Below are positions 46,282-63,800 of a DNA stretch of 64,000 nt, in pieces. The position numbers and the translations under genes are program-made. This DNA is from the human T2T-CHM13v2.0 reference genome, Homo sapiens. The stretch lies in the NCBI RefSeq assembly GCF_009914755.1, contig NC_060926.1, one strand, 5' to 3'. Position 1 is the stretch's first letter, and each line of letters begins with the position of its first letter. The notes under the pieces were generated by a model. It was not told the origin of the DNA, made no database searches, and saw nothing but the letters and a program-made list of their open reading frames with translations.

Positions 46282-46468
46282 CATGCATTTACTAAAGTCA
46301 TTTGGATCCACCCCAGGCAATGCTCTCATCAACAGAGGTAGCATATGTGTAGGACCTTCAGGAAACCATCTGCCTCCTGATACCAAACTGCGGGCTACTC
46401 CAATTACACAACTTAAAGTAGCTGTGAGCTGGTGAGGTTCTGTTAATGTCTCTAATGCAGGATATGTT
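46282..46468 (-). CDS. PSME4: PA200 exon 11 (187 nt): [14 protein letters not shown]...[13 protein letters not shown]
   Basis: ORF 46243..46524; tag acceptor and gtgagt donor. Confidence 0.96.
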
Positions 46469-46623
46469 CTACAGTTTGAAAACAGAATTTTTAAAGTCTC
46501 CATCACAGATATGCATAATACCATAATACATTAAATATAATAAATTCATAAACTGCACTTTGACTTAAAGGCTTACAGTTAGCAAAATACTCAGAGTGAA
46601 AATCTGCAATCAAAGTTAACAAT

Positions 46624-46934
46624 TACAGTAGCCCCGTTATCTGTAGTTTCCGTAGTTTCAGTTAACAAAGGTTAACCAAATATTTCAGTGTCCTGAGAAC
46701 GAGAGACCATATTCACATAACTTCTATTACACTGAACAATATATTTTTATAATTGTTCTATTTTATGATTGTTTTTAATCTCTTACTGTGCCTAATTCAT
46801 GAATTAAACTATCACAGGTATGCATGCATGTGAAAAAACACAGTATACATAGGGTCCAGTACTATCCATGGTTTCAGGTATGCACTGGGGGTCTTCAAAC
46901 ACATCCCTCACCAGTAAGGGGAGACACTACTGTA
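46624..46934 (+). mobile_element. MER44/Tigger7-like MITE
   Basis: ta|cagtagccccgttatc ... gacactactg|ta termini. Confidence 0.75.
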
Positions 46935-47049
46935 CACAAATAAAGGAAAGATACACAGATTATTTATTGCACATGTCCCCAATCCCCTGCTACCTTACCA
47001 ACTCTTTCCATGCCAATTCCACAGTGAAAAAAGAACACAAACTGGTAGA

Positions 47050-48227
<1,178 letters not shown>

Positions 48228-49090
48228 TTTTAAAAGGTGATGCCACTTCAAAACAGCACCAAATTACAACTGAAAGTCTCAAAAAATGTCATTGTATTGT
48301 CAATTTGGTCTATTAAATATTTATCTTGGCCAAGCATTCAATATCACTTAATATGCTGATATTACATTTGTCCAAAATTTTAGGACTAAAGAAAAACGTG
48401 ATAGGTCTATTTATTTATAAGCTTTGTTCTTTCTACTAAGAATTTAGCTCACTATTCATAATTAATCAGCTGAAAATAACAAAGCAAAGGGGAACTAAAG
48501 AAACATCAAAAACACTCCAAACTTCAAAATGTTAGCTAAGCAAACAGATGAAGTCCCTCCTCTCCAGGGAGCATCAGGGAACCTAACATTAACTGTTGGC
48601 TTCTGCTACTCTGTGGAGGCCAAGAAGCAAAGAATACTGGGGGTTGAAGACGGACAGGAAACTGCCTATCTTCCCCCACTCCATTTCCTAATTAAGTTCT
48701 ATAAGCTGGAAGAGTTTCAATGCCCCAAGATGTATATGTAAAAATAGGAGAAGTTGGGAAAATGAAGTACGGCCTAACTTGAATATTTATGGCAATGAGG
48801 GCAGGTAAGGCAGCATCAACAGCTCAAAATTATAGATAATGGAGGCCCATTTTGGTTAAGATCTTGAACACGGTATCCTTCCCCAAGTAAATATGACCAA
48901 CACTTATTCTGTCTCAACAATAAGTCAGAAAATAAGCTATAGTCTGAATTCTACCACTAGGGACCTTGGACAAATTTTTATGGAACTCAATGGCTAGATC
49001 CTTCTGGGTTCTAAAAACTAACATTCCTCCTCTATATTTGACAAAAACATTTAGAAAGAGATCATAAAGCTTCAGATAGTGGAAGAATCA

Positions 49091-49453
<363 letters not shown>

Positions 49454-50002
49454 GTAGCTGTCTCTCTCTTTGTAAGTATACCACGCCTATTCTGTGACAG
49501 TGGCTAGGCAAGTAAAGAGTTTTCCTTACCATTTCAACACACAAAACACAATGAATAAAATAAAACTTACACTGTAAAAACAACACACCTGAATATATAA
49601 TACATGAAAATAATAAACACAATTTTCTTCTCTACCACTGATTCTAAGAAATAAAAGAAATCCAAAAACCACTTTCACTGCCATATTCTCAATCCTTAGT
49701 GACACTCAACATTTCGATCTAAAAAGGAAGGCCAGATCTTAATTCATAAGCATATAATTTTGGTAACTAAAATGTGTGAAGAATCCAAAAGATGTATGTT
49801 ACCCATTTCATTTCAATTTTTTTCTCTCCAATAAACCTTTATCAAGTTACCAATCATTACATTAAAATGTCCTGCTTCTCCTCTAGGAACAGGAATAAGC
49901 ATCGAAGAAGCAAAACAGAAGCCACAGAGGAGAAAAGAGAATCGAGCTGAACAGACCAAAAGAAAAACCTAGCTGTGGCTGAGACTCTCACTAACCACTT
50001 AC

Positions 50003-50268
50003 CTTTCAAGTACAGGGGGTATTACCAATTCAGGTCTCATGAGTGCAAGATTCTGCAAAGCCTGGGCTGCTTCTAGACTACCGGTTTTGCTAAACATAGC
50101 CAAGAGGACAGGCTGAATAATGCATTGTACAAAGTCTGTAACATCTTGATCAGTAAGCTTGTGGCTATCAGGCACAGGAGTTAACCAAGAGGGCTTCTTG
50201 TATCTTTCACGATGCAATCTTCTAACAACACTGTTTGGCAACCGCTGAAGTAGTTTCATTAACTTGTT
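50003..50268 (-). CDS. PSME4: PA200 exon 10 (266 nt): [10 protein letters not shown]...VIPPVLE(R)
   Basis: ORF 49999..50286; cag acceptor and gtaagt donor. Confidence 0.96.
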
Positions 50269-50835
50269 CTGGGGACACAGAAGCAAAAAGTTCTAAGTAG
50301 GTTCTACTTTGCCGCATAGACATTCATGGTTGCTCTCTAGCTTCTTGAGAAAAGATTTTAAAAATAACAGTTCTTATTATCTTATTACAAAGAACTGCAC
50401 AGCATAACTAGATAGAATTAAAAGTTACCAATTAATTATTCCTAATAATTAATGAAAATGAGTTTCAAATTCCAGTCTAAAAAAATTTCTAGCACATAAT
50501 TTTCCATTACATGAAAGCCATTTTAACTGGACAACTTAAAAACAACAAAAACAGATGACAGGATAAAACTGAAAAGATGGTTCTATGCTTCTAAGGCATT
50601 TTTGTTACCATTTTTTTGCAAAAATGAGCCATGTTGTCAACAGTTACCACATCAATATTATTTATTTAATTTATATGCTCTCCCACACAGTAATTTAATT
50701 TAAATGTAAGCATTTACATATAGCTAAAGCTATGAAGGACAGAAAATGTATTACAGGTCACACAATAGGCAATAGTCAAGGATGACCATATCTTTAAAAA
50801 TTCCAAGCCCTATAATGCAAAACGAAGTTACTCAC

Positions 50836-50928
50836 CAGCCAGCGCCCATTATTTGAAGGATGGTAAAAAGATGTGATGCTGTTAAACAAACCAGCTAAGT
50901 GTTTTTGCACTAGCTTACTTGGTCCACC
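50836..50928 (-). CDS. PSME4: PA200 exon 9 (93 nt): [31 protein letters not shown]
   Basis: cag acceptor and gtgagt donor; carries the Blm10/PA200 HPSN motif. Confidence 0.95.
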
Positions 50929-51286
50929 CTGTCCAGATAAAAGAGTAAAAATGTCAGTACCCACATCATACTGTAAAAACAGAGGTCAACAGGCCCAAGC
51001 CTATACGTAAATCACTAATACAGTTTATAGTCAACTTGCTGACAAAAATAAATTCTACCTTTAAATAAGAGTCAAAAACAATTCCCTGATGAACTTCATG
51101 CAAACCAACTCAAAATATTCTACTGCAAATAAGGGCAGCTTACTTGAACCAACATAAAAAACTAAAAAAATACCTGTCAACTTAGGATAACAAACAGCGT
51201 ACTTTACTGTTCTGCAGTAAATAACCTGGATACTAAAATTTATCACTAAGATTATCATCTTAAAATTACCAAGAATGCTAACATCA

Positions 51287-51838
<552 letters not shown>

Positions 51839-52762
51839 TATATTTTCACACTTAACACAAAATGAAGTTGCCAATGAGAACTGTGTGAGAAAGCAGAGCA
51901 AAATTCACTCACACAATAACTAATACTAATCACTATCCAATTCTGTAGCCCCCAAAAATCCAGTTTCAACTCACTGCATATGTAAGATAGTAAACATCTT
52001 TCAGTGTTTGCTCCTACTGATTAAGAAAAATGGGATTTTTCTGTGTAACAATAAAATGGCAAAAACAAGGTGGGGCTTAAATTTGTTTTTCTTACAATGA
52101 AGTTTAAGAAGTAAACTTTTAAACAAAAAAAAATTGTCTTTTCCACAGAAACAAGCTAACGTGTAAAACAGAATAATAATTCATGAAGAAATAGCTGCAG
52201 AAGCAATATATGAATGATAAACTAGATAATTATAATAGGAAGCTGTTCTAATATTCTTATATGAAAGATGACATTGAAATCTAAGCTTGATATGTCTTCA
52301 CTTTCCTTTAATGATGTCAACAAAGTAATCCTTCACATCTCTCCCTTCACTAAGATTACTTTGTTAGTAAGCTTTATGTTCAATGCAATGTTTTATGTGA
52401 ATATTAACAGTGAGTAAGTAATGGAGTCTAAGCACATACAAATCCTGAGTTGTAATCCTACCTTGGGAAAGTCTTCCGGGCTACAAGTCTGGTTCCCGGA
52501 CAGTAAAAATGTTAGACATCGTGAATCCCTCAAAACCCTAGATTTTTGACTCTATTTATAATGTCCATTGGTTAGGGAGATTTAGAAATGGTACCACTAT
52601 ATTCTGGATTTGATAAACATGAGCTTGCTAAATCAGAAAATATCCAAGAATCAAGTCACCAACCAAGCCACTATTATCAACTTCTGCGACTATCCACAAT
52701 TTTTGTAAGGTTAACACAAAATAGGCGTAAACTACAGAAAACAAATATAATGTATTACAAAC

Positions 52763-52885
52763 CATCATGGCGGTGATCCATATTACAGCATGTCCTATAT
52801 CATAAGCATTTGTTAAAAATCTTGGGACTAACACTTGACTGCTTCCCACTGGGAGGTTCAAGCTTCTCAGAATTCTTGTAAATAT
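52763..52885 (-). CDS. PSME4: PA200 exon 8 (123 nt): [14 protein letters not shown]...WITAMM
   Basis: aaaag acceptor and weak gtttgt donor; overlaps ORF 52628..52861. Confidence 0.93.
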
Positions 52886-53953
52886 CTTTTAAAAGAAAAA
52901 AATAATTAAGGATATTTACAGGTATCAAAATAATTCTTTAGCTTAGTAAGTGCTGTATATTAGTGTTACTGAAGATATTTTCATTTTATCACAAGGGTTT
53001 TTAAGTGAAATTACATAGTATTTAGTAACTTGCTTTATTCTTTAAAAATTACATATAAATATCAACAGATGTGCTGTATGACACTCTGAGGTCAGAGGCA
53101 CATGGACATAAAGCAGTTGTGTCCATGTATCCAAAGAACAGACAAATGTGATTATTTATGGCTAAATATAAAAAGACAAAAACATACTGTGGCTAAACAT
53201 GAAATATTTTGACTTCTTTCTTGTCCCAAATGCACAAATAATTTTTCCTGAGCTCCTATTCCATGTCAAGCATGCACAACAGCACCAACCTAAATGCAAG
53301 TATCTTCTAGCAGAATGCTTTCCCTTTCAAAATTTTAATGGTGATTTGATTTTTCCCTAAGAATTTGTATTTTAGTCAATCACTTAACAATTATAATAAA
53401 ATTAAATTTATATTCCAACTCTATCATTACCAATAGGTAGCGGCCCAAAGGTGGGGAGAAATGATTTCTCTTCCTCAATTAGTTTCTAATGGCCAAACAA
53501 CACAGGAAGACACCACAAGCAAAAGCAAACAGAGCATCTGCATCCAGCTACTCCCCAGCTTTGCTCTAATGTAAGTGTGTGCATCAGAATCACCAGGATA
53601 TCCCCCACAAGCCCTACTCAAGCTCCACAGGTTATTCTACCACAGGTGAAATAGTACTGAAGACACACCTGGAACATCTAGCTTTATTTACTCTAAGAAA
53701 ATATATACTGTGATCTAAAAAGTGGGCAGCACTGTAGAGGAGCAACCAAATACGGTACACAAAATCCATTGGAAGGTACAAATGTATGATGCTCTCGATA
53801 ATATACTTAGTACTTTCCAAATTACTTTGACACTGATAGTTCATACCCTGCACAAGAAAACACATTTATGATACCTTAATATGGTCTAATTACCTTTTGA
53901 AAAGGTAATTGGACCCAGCCCTGTAAATTATTTATATATGTTTTTACTAATGA

Positions 53954-54319
<366 letters not shown>

Positions 54320-54926
54320 CTGAAAGTAAACAAAAAGGACAAAGTTAATATATTTGTTGTTATTGTTTAAGTGTCATAGTCACACCCCTCCTCCATTTGT
54401 TCTTTTTGGCAATCATTAGTGCAATCTACTTAAATAGATAGTTTATGACTTTGTTTTTTTTAAAACCTCCAAATTTAAATTGATTCATGTCACGCATTTA
54501 AAATCAGTTGCAGTTAAAATGCTTCTAAAAAGAAAAATGACAAAGCACCATCCACAATGAATATAGAAAAGGAAATTTTAATCCAACAAATATGCTGAAA
54601 ATATCCACTATATGTCCAGCAGCATGATAGTACAGGTACCAAAGAAAACAATGGGATCTTACATTTCATGCATTTTACAATACATGCTTATACTCCTAAA
54701 TATTGATAAAACCAAAATAAATGCATACTTTTGTTAGAATACAACAAATAAAATAATATAAAATTGAAAAGAAACTGATCATAACATGGCTAACAGCCAA
54801 TCCTAAGGAACTTCAAGTTACTTACCAAATGATCTATTAATATTTATCTCCAAATTAAAAAAGTATGGGGGGGAAAAAAGAAAAAAAAAACTATAGGGGG
54901 GAAGAAAGGGAAAAAGGGATACTTAC

Positions 54927-54990
54927 CCCCTCCCATTGTGGGAGATTTTGCACTGAAACCCAAAGGCCAATTAATTCATCAAACCAAAGT
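54927..54990 (-). CDS. PSME4: PA200 exon 6 (64 nt): [21 protein letters not shown]
   Basis: tttag acceptor and gtaagt donor. Confidence 0.95.
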
Positions 54991-55553
54991 CTAAAGAAGA
55001 AAAATGTTGTTATGAATAGCAAGTGATTTTAAAGTGGTTCAATGCCAGCTATGCTTTGTCTTTTTTATAATCTATTATTCTTACTGATAACTATGTTAAC
55101 TAGAAAAAACAATACTGAAGTTATAAACTTAATAAAACAAAGGGGTATTTCTTGTCTGAATATTCCTTTCCTAATTTATTTAAGAAATATGATCTCACAG
55201 ATTAAACTTCTGCTTCATTACTAAGTACTGTCCATTCTTATTTAACAATTGTTTTCAATTTTCTACCTCCTTTTCCCTGCCCTTCTCCTTTTATCTGTTT
55301 TCCTGTTATTACCCCTTCTGACAATTTTTTCTTTCTCTTAATTTCTTAAAGCCCTCATCTTATTTGGGTGTCATCTCTTTACTTTCAATCTTACAACCGT
55401 TTTAGCCTTAACACACTTCAAGTATAATAAACTTGAAGTACAATAATGGCTGAACTTGCAAAATGATTTTTCTAGTTGTTATTGTTTTACTAGTTTCTTT
55501 ATCTGTATTTCCTACCGTATTTTTAGAATTTGTCAAGATATGAACATACTTAC

Positions 55554-55703
55554 TTAAAACCTTTATGATGAAGTTCTGGAGGAAGGGAGGTAGGAAGAAA
55601 TATTTCAAAATAAGTGATGGCCTTTTGCATGGTTACATCAAAAGGGCACATTAAAGGTCGCCATTCTTCTAGCATCTCAGCGGTGGCATCTGCTGGAAAA
55701 TAT
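55554..55703 (-). CDS. PSME4: PA200 exon 5 (150 nt): [22 protein letters not shown]...PPELHHKGF(K)
   Basis: tag acceptor and gtaagt donor; phase matches both neighbours. Confidence 0.95.
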
Positions 55704-55878
55704 CTAATAAAAAAAGAAGGTTTTCATGTATCTGATTATTGGCTAAAAGCTCTACAACAGCAATATATATAACTGACCAAAAGGCTGGGGGAGGAGGAGA
55801 ATATATGTCATAGCATGTAACACAGTCTACAAATGTCCAAACTAACACACATTTTCACAATACTAAAATAAATTCCCC

Positions 55879-56170
55879 AGTTGGGTGCAGTAGTTCATGC
55901 CTGTAATTCCAGAACTTTGGGAAGCTGAGGTCGATGGATCACTTGAGCCCAGGAGTTCAAGATTGGCTTGGGCAAAATGGCAAAACCCAGTCTTTACAAA
56001 AAATTTGCCAGACATGATGGCGGCGCACATCTGTAGTCCCAGCTACTCAGAAAGCTGGGGTTGGGGGATCATTAGAGCCCAGGAGATGGAGGTTGCAGTG
56101 AGCCAAGACTGCACCATTGCACTCCAGCCTGGGCAACAGAGTGAGACTCCATCTCAAAAAAAAAAAAAAA
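55879..56170 (+). mobile_element. Alu (AluJ-like)
   Basis: Dimer with aaattcccca flanks. Confidence 0.88.
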
Positions 56171-56634
56171 TTCCCCATCATACTTGGGATAAAGTAAATT
56201 CTTCTCTTGTCTAAGGGAATTTTTCTAAACACTATGAAGTTGATAAAACTCAGATAAAATACAAGTCACTCAGTTACCTATAAAATTAAACAGAGTTTTT
56301 GTCTTACTTCCTTTGTGCTATGTAACAATTAAAAAAAAATCTTGTCAAAAAGAATCCAGTCTAAACAGGAAAAGGATTACCAGTAGACGAGAAAGAGAAC
56401 ATCAGTCCAGCAATCTCTAGGCATGTTGAATAAACCATTTACCTTCCTTGGAACACAGAGTCCTCCCCTATACGAGAAGACTAGATGATCTGGTCTACAG
56501 GCTGTGATATTCCATAACTGTATGATATGGACAGGAGTGTCCCTGGACAAAATTAAAATCCAAAGTGTGCATATACACACAAAATGAAGGTAAATAAAGA
56601 GGATACATGTAAAACTGCTAAATACACCTTAATG

Positions 56635-56772
56635 GGCTTTTTTTTTTTTTTTTTAAAGACAAGAGTCTCACTGTGTTTCCTAGGCTGGACCCAAACTCTT
56701 AAACTGAAGTGATCCTCCCACCTCAGCCTCCCAAGTAGCTGCTACTACAGGAGAGCACCACCGCACCCAGCC
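56635..56772 (-). mobile_element. Alu monomer (FLAM/FAM-like)
   Basis: About 135-bp reverse monomer with poly-T. Confidence 0.8.
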
Positions 56773-57578
56773 TTAAGAGGTTTAAAATACAAACAGCATA
56801 TGAAAAATTCTGATTCTTTCCAAATAAGTTGGGAAACTCTTTCAAATAGACTTATAGGCTTGGCCCACACATCATATTATTAATCCTACTATATCTTCAT
56901 ATACTTGTGTTAATTAAAATCATACTGCAATCTTCTATGTGAAAAATAAAATTATATTTCTAAGAATACTTCTGTTGAGTTCACAAAGCGTTTATGTGTC
57001 AGGTCCTTGTGTAACAGATTGGAATTTTAAAAAAACAAAAACAAACTATGCTCCACCTTCAAAGATCTCACATATCAAGGATCAATTCTCCTTCTTAAGT
57101 TTTCTGATTCAATTGTTAACCCTGTAATCCAAAATAAAAACTTGGGAGTTCTATGAATTACCTATGAGCCAGTAAGTATTGAAGTGATAATCAAGTTTCC
57201 AGTGAGGAAACACAGGCCAAGAAGGTAACTGCCTCGCATAAAATGACACTGTTCATTGGTGGCTTATGACTCAGGGTGAACCTTAAGTTGCTTGAGAGAC
57301 AGATATCTCATATTCCGAAAATACATTTGCCCAACATTGAGTAATACAGAAGGTCAGCAATAAATATCCGATTTATTAAATATGTATTTAAGATGAGTAT
57401 TACAAGCATATAATACATGGCTTTTCACCAAAAAGGAGTCACTGATTCCATATCATCTAAACAGTCTTAGAATAACTTGATAACAACACAAAAAAAGTTC
57501 AAGTACGTAAAATTGAGCTTTAATTAATTAAAATTAAAGATAACCAAAAAAATTAAAATTAAATTTTATCCACACTCA

Positions 57579-57752
<174 letters not shown>

Positions 57753-58118
57753 AATATGGGATATTTAAATATTCTACAGAACATAGTTGAAAAAAGTTAT
57801 GAACCACCTTCTTGGCATTACTCCTGTTTTTTGTCTGAATAACAAATAACAATACTCTAGGAAATGCTTCCAAATAAAGATGATTTTATGTAAAGTATGG
57901 TATTCTTACTTTACAATGGATGACTTTAAAATTTCTAAATTTCTAAATGAAATCTGAGAAGTTCAGTTAATGAACTGGAAACGGTATGTTGTGCTCAGTG
58001 ACTAACATCACAATGTCAGGAACTATTTATACTTTTCATTTCCTTTTCAAACCATACTAAAGATGTGGAAAAGCCCACAGAAACAACAAGAGGCTTTATA
58101 AATTGAGAAGCTACTTAC

Positions 58119-58163
58119 GGTCGGCAGCTTTTCACGAGTGTTTTGAGAATATTTTCTACAGAA
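58119..58163 (-). CDS. PSME4: PA200 exon 4 (45 nt): SVENILKTLVKSCR(P)
   Basis: cccag acceptor and gtaagt donor; end of ORF 58115..58318. Confidence 0.93.
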
Positions 58164-59014
58164 CTGGGGGGGGAAAGCCATTTGATAATTAGATTGGTGT
58201 ATTTTAAGAACATATCTAATTCAATTAATAAATATCTATAAGATAACCTCACACATTCAGGTATTATTTGTTTACATGTAATAATTGAGCCTTCCCTTTC
58301 ATACAAACGGAACTGCAAGGATTAACTACCTAAACTCCTTAATCTACTCTTTCCTTTGCCCTCATTTCGCTGTCTCTGGTATGAACTAAAGGGAAAAAAA
58401 GGTTACACTGGGAAAAGAACAAATTGTTTTCAGTCTTTACAAGGTAGGCAGCAATGACCACACACCATATTTATCAACACAGTGGCTTAAAACTTCAAAT
58501 AATTTTTACTAAAATACTTTTACATCAAAACACAAGCAGCAGACAGACCAAAATCTGGGTGTTTCCATCAGAAATTAGCTTTCACAACCAATTGATGAGA
58601 GTTCGATAACCCTCCCAGGCACTTTAAGGCCAGCAACAATTATCAAAAAGAACAATAGCATCTCTTTGAGCAGATACTTATAAAGTTAGTCGAGTAACAT
58701 TAAAAATTATAACTTACTTTACAACATGTAGTTGCCTCAAGTGAATACAGGAGACCAACATAAAAATGTGTGTATGAATTTATAATCCACATTTCTTTTT
58801 TAATAAAAAGGCCAATGTGTACTGGTTTAAACACATGACCAGAATGGAATATTTAAATATTTACTAGATCATAGTCAAGCGGTCAAATGCAAACAAACAA
58901 TATAAACAATGGAGCACTAGATAATTTTGAGCTGGAATTTTAAAATACGTGTGTGACTACTTACAGTATGATATGTACAAGTAAAAATAAAATTCCCCAA
59001 ATCTCAAAAAAATT

Positions 59015-59214
59015 TATATATATATAATACATATTTAAATATATATAATACATATTTAAATATATATAATACATATTTAAATATATATAATACATATTTA
59101 AATATATATATATAATACATATTTAAATATATATAATACATATTTAAATATATATATAATACATATTTAAATATATATATATATACATATTTAAATATAT
59201 ATATATATATATAT
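59015..59214. repeat. AT-rich minisatellite, about 8 copies of a 21-25-bp unit aatacatatttaaatatatat
   Basis: Read directly from the sequence. Confidence 0.93.
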
Positions 59215-60694
59215 GAAAGGAGTAAGTTTCAGGCAATGTCTCCACCTGACACTTTCTTATTAAGCTTTTTGAAATTCTTAAGTCCAGAAGTCTATCCAAC
59301 TTCTCTGAAAGTTTAGGAACTAATCTGCAAAGAAATTCCAAGGAATAACAGAGAGCAAACTCATCACAAATAATCAACATATTATATAGCCAAGAGAGGA
59401 AAACTATAATCTCATTACTTGGAGCAGTAGAAATCCTCTTTAATTTCAAAACTACTCAGAGAAAAATTAACTGAAGAGGCAACTAGATTACAACACATGA
59501 GATGACTTCTAAAATAAAAAAGAAACTACATGGCCAAAAGGCCATCAATAAGCACTGTCTCTGATCATGAGAGGGAGGTTCTTCTTTTTCTTATGAAAAG
59601 GCTAAGCAATTCAAAAACACAGTTTAGAGAAAATCTAAGTTTGCCCATTAAAAAAAAACAGGGCAAACTTCTATCCAACTACGTTTAAAGCTCCCTGAAG
59701 ACCACAGCTATGATTTTTATTTCTGGGCACTTCCAAAGTGCTTATAAAAAGGCTATCTGCTCATATATATTTATACTTATCTGTCTATTGATTTGTAATA
59801 ATAAACATTTTATATCAGAGTAACAAAAAGCACAGATCTTGGGTCTTCTTTTAGTAACAAAGTATAGAATTAACAGCTAAGGTTTAAAGAGTCATCTAGT
59901 TTTAAACTAAATTACTCAATTTAAATGAAGATTTTTAAAAGGTAATTCTAAAATTGTAAACTGTTTATCCATGAAAATGAGCATAAGATACATAATTCTA
60001 TCAGTACTAATGCTTGTGTTCTCATTAATATTACATTTATTTTATTGGTTCTGCGCTACACAGAAAACCTGCTGTTTTCACATACGACCTTGCTATACCA
60101 ATATACTTTCGCATAATGTCATAAACGATTCTAGAAAGCAAGTCATAAAAGGCTGCAAAGCTACATGTTTTCTTCAGTTCCCTTCACGCTTCAGAAGAAT
60201 AGGAAGTTAATTATAACACTTGATAGAGTCACTTCACTTATTAGAGGATTAGGGTATGTGGGAATGCAATTTAGTTACTCTAAATAAAGTCAATTTCAAC
60301 CCCTTCTTAAATATAAGGCCTGTACCATTGGATTTATGATGTTTATCCAGAAAAGGGTACAATCTCTCTAACCTGTGATATCTGTATAGTGACCTTTTGT
60401 GATTCTTGTAATCTCTCAAGATGAAGGGAACAATGTTTCTGTTTAAAAATAAAATAAAAGGTTAAGGCTAGATGCTACTAGACTACATTTCACTAATTTT
60501 TAGAGGGAGTGAATAATCACTAAATACTTTCCAACTGTTGGAAATGTATAATACTAAAGTGATAACAATTCAAAACACTTGTTTTTTTTTTTTAAATCAA
60601 AAGGGATCTACAGAGTAACTAAGCTTTGGATGGGTTTTCTTATACCCTATTTCCTCTTTAAAAAGATACATCAGGTTGAAAAAGAAAGCCACAG

Positions 60695-60910
60695 TAGTGC
60701 ATATAATGGTTTACAGTTTGGCCTTAGAGTCAGACAGATCTTAATTTGAGTATCAGTTCTGCTACTTCCTAGTTATATTATAGCTGTTTTCTCATCAATA
60801 TAAGCAATAATACCTACCTCTCATAAAGCTGTTACAAAAATTAAATGAGATAAGGTATAGAAAGCAGGTATACGGCCCAGAATTAAGGATAATAAATGTT
60901 AATTATTATT
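60695..60910 (+). mobile_element. MIR fragment
   Basis: agagtcagacagatc...tctcatc...taataatacctacctc...attaaatgagataa. Confidence 0.7.
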
Positions 60911-61690
60911 TCATACTTAGCCATAATAAATTGTATTCTCAATTTCCTTAAGAATTAAACTTTTGTGCTTATTTTGCTCTTACTGCCTCTGAGTAGCTAC
61001 TAATTTATGATTTAGGAAATCACATCAAAATAGGAAATTCCTCCCCAACTGCCACCCTATTATTAAGGGTAAAAAGAGAGTTCTTGTCCCAGTTCTTAAG
61101 CTCTTGTTCCATTTTCAACCAATGATTCTGTGTGAATTTTCCTCTCTGGACCTCGATTTCCTTATGATGCCATTAACAAAGTAAATGTCAAATACTAACA
61201 GATAAGCCTGAGGAAAACCAATAGTCTTCGCCTCCAGTTACTGAGACAGTGAACCATATAAACTTGCAGATTTATGCCTCCTGCCCCCTTGGCTCTACCA
61301 GGACAATATTCACTTCTAAACCAGGGAAAAGTATAGCAAATGATATATTCAAGATGAGAGTAAACTAGGCTGCTCATAGCCAGAAGTACTTGCAGCTTCA
61401 CTTGACAGTTCTTGAACTAAAATTTAACTTCAGAATAATATTTGCTTTTTCATAAATGAACTGGTTTTAACTGTAATGATGGACTATTCTGTATATATCT
61501 GCCTTCATCCCTTTATAATTTAATGGTAACTGTTTATACAGTATTTGTTTTTCTTAAACCTGTGCCAGGCACTTCATCTAGAAGTCAGTTATACTTGCCT
61601 TCTCTACACCCAAACAAATCCACCGTAAGTTAGTTAGACATTATCCATCTCATATCTTATCTTCAAAATCTAATATTGATTGCTCAGTTA

Positions 61691-62078
<388 letters not shown>

Positions 62079-62374
62079 GGTATAAATAATAAGTATAGCA
62101 TTTTCCTTGCTGATGCACATTAACATTGACTTTTCATTAAAATTACTTTTAAAAAGTATACTTTTATGGCAAGGGTTAGGAAATTATAATAATCCTTACC
62201 ACTCATGTAAAAAGAGCATACATAATTGTTTTAAATGACAATAAGCCTGATCAACTTGAACTAAGTATTTTTTAAAATTGCTTTTAAAAGATCAGTTTTT
62301 AAAGAAAGAACACTGTAGCACAGAAACAACTTTTGTGAGAAACACTATCAAAATCATTAATAAAATCTGGTAAA

Positions 62375-62670
<296 letters not shown>

Positions 62671-63682
62671 GAATTTTGTTAAAATTTTAAATTTCCAAAT
62701 AAAAGAATATTTTTTAAATAAATAGGATGTTCTCCAAATACTACATTAAAAAATAATTGTAAATATCATATTAATAATCGTGGTTTACAACCATAAAATC
62801 TTTTAAATTTCAACAAGTTTTAGGAGAAATTTTTCTCACCATTTGATTATCATATTAAATTTTGTAATTACATATCATCCATGAGCTGCTGGTAGTAATT
62901 TAAACTCCTAAGCATGGCCACATGTGCCAAGAAACCCCAAACAGAGGTCTGGAAAATGTCATTTCCATGTGGTGAGTGTGGGGAGCTGAGGACAAAGGAT
63001 TTAACTGTATCTTAAAGAGCACCAATTCAAATAGCTCTTTAATAAATCAATAGAGAAACAAATGCCATAAACAAATACCAGAAAAATAAAATATCAAATT
63101 GGTTCTCCAGAGGCAGATTAATATGAAAAAAATGAAAATATAATACTATATGATACCCTTAGAACAATACATGTAAAAGAGAATAGATACTTTTAAAAAT
63201 AAATTTTAAAAAGTAGTAAACAAGTTATGTAGGCCCAAGCTACTCATGATGCAAATATGAAAACCTTTACTACCACCCACAAAAACCAAATTAGTGGTAA
63301 TACTAAATAAACAAATTTATACACATAGCAACTGAAATATGAATTGTTTGTGCCCATTTGTAAAAGCATACCTATGCATAATTCTCCCATATTTTGTTAG
63401 TAGCAACACCATTAGTATGTTGCCTATACTATAACTTGCAATATGCTACTCAAAGTAAGTGTATGGGACATTGTTTTATAAAATAAAACCATGTCCATAA
63501 GATTCAAAAGCTTCATTTATAAAGTAAATAATAATTCTTATATCGCTAACAATTAGTTCACACTCATCTCCTTTCCAATTTTACTTCTTCTATTGAATAA
63601 AAAACACTACCAATTCTTTCTCCAGTAGAAAGTAGACTGAGATGAGGATAAAGAGACTAAAAAGGGTCTTTTGTCCTAGAGG

Positions 63683-63800
63683 CAAAAAGACAGACAGAAA
63701 GCTAGAAGGAGGAAGGAAGAGAAGAAAAGAGGGAAACAAGGATAGGAAAGGGGATGAAGAGAGGATGGGAAAGGTAAAGAGGAAGGGAAGAGAGGAAAGT
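63683..63800. repeat. Purine-rich (GA) low-complexity tract
   Basis: About 120 bp almost entirely G/A. Confidence 0.85.

Noticed and set aside
55521-55537. ttttagaatttgtc matches the U7 snRNA Sm-site region
   Set aside because: The match is only about 14 nt in AT-rich DNA, and the U7 5' segment and 3' hairpin are absent.
59015-59214. Repeat array considered as CRISPR-like
   Set aside because: There are no unique spacers, the context is a eukaryotic intron and no cas genes are present. It is a minisatellite.
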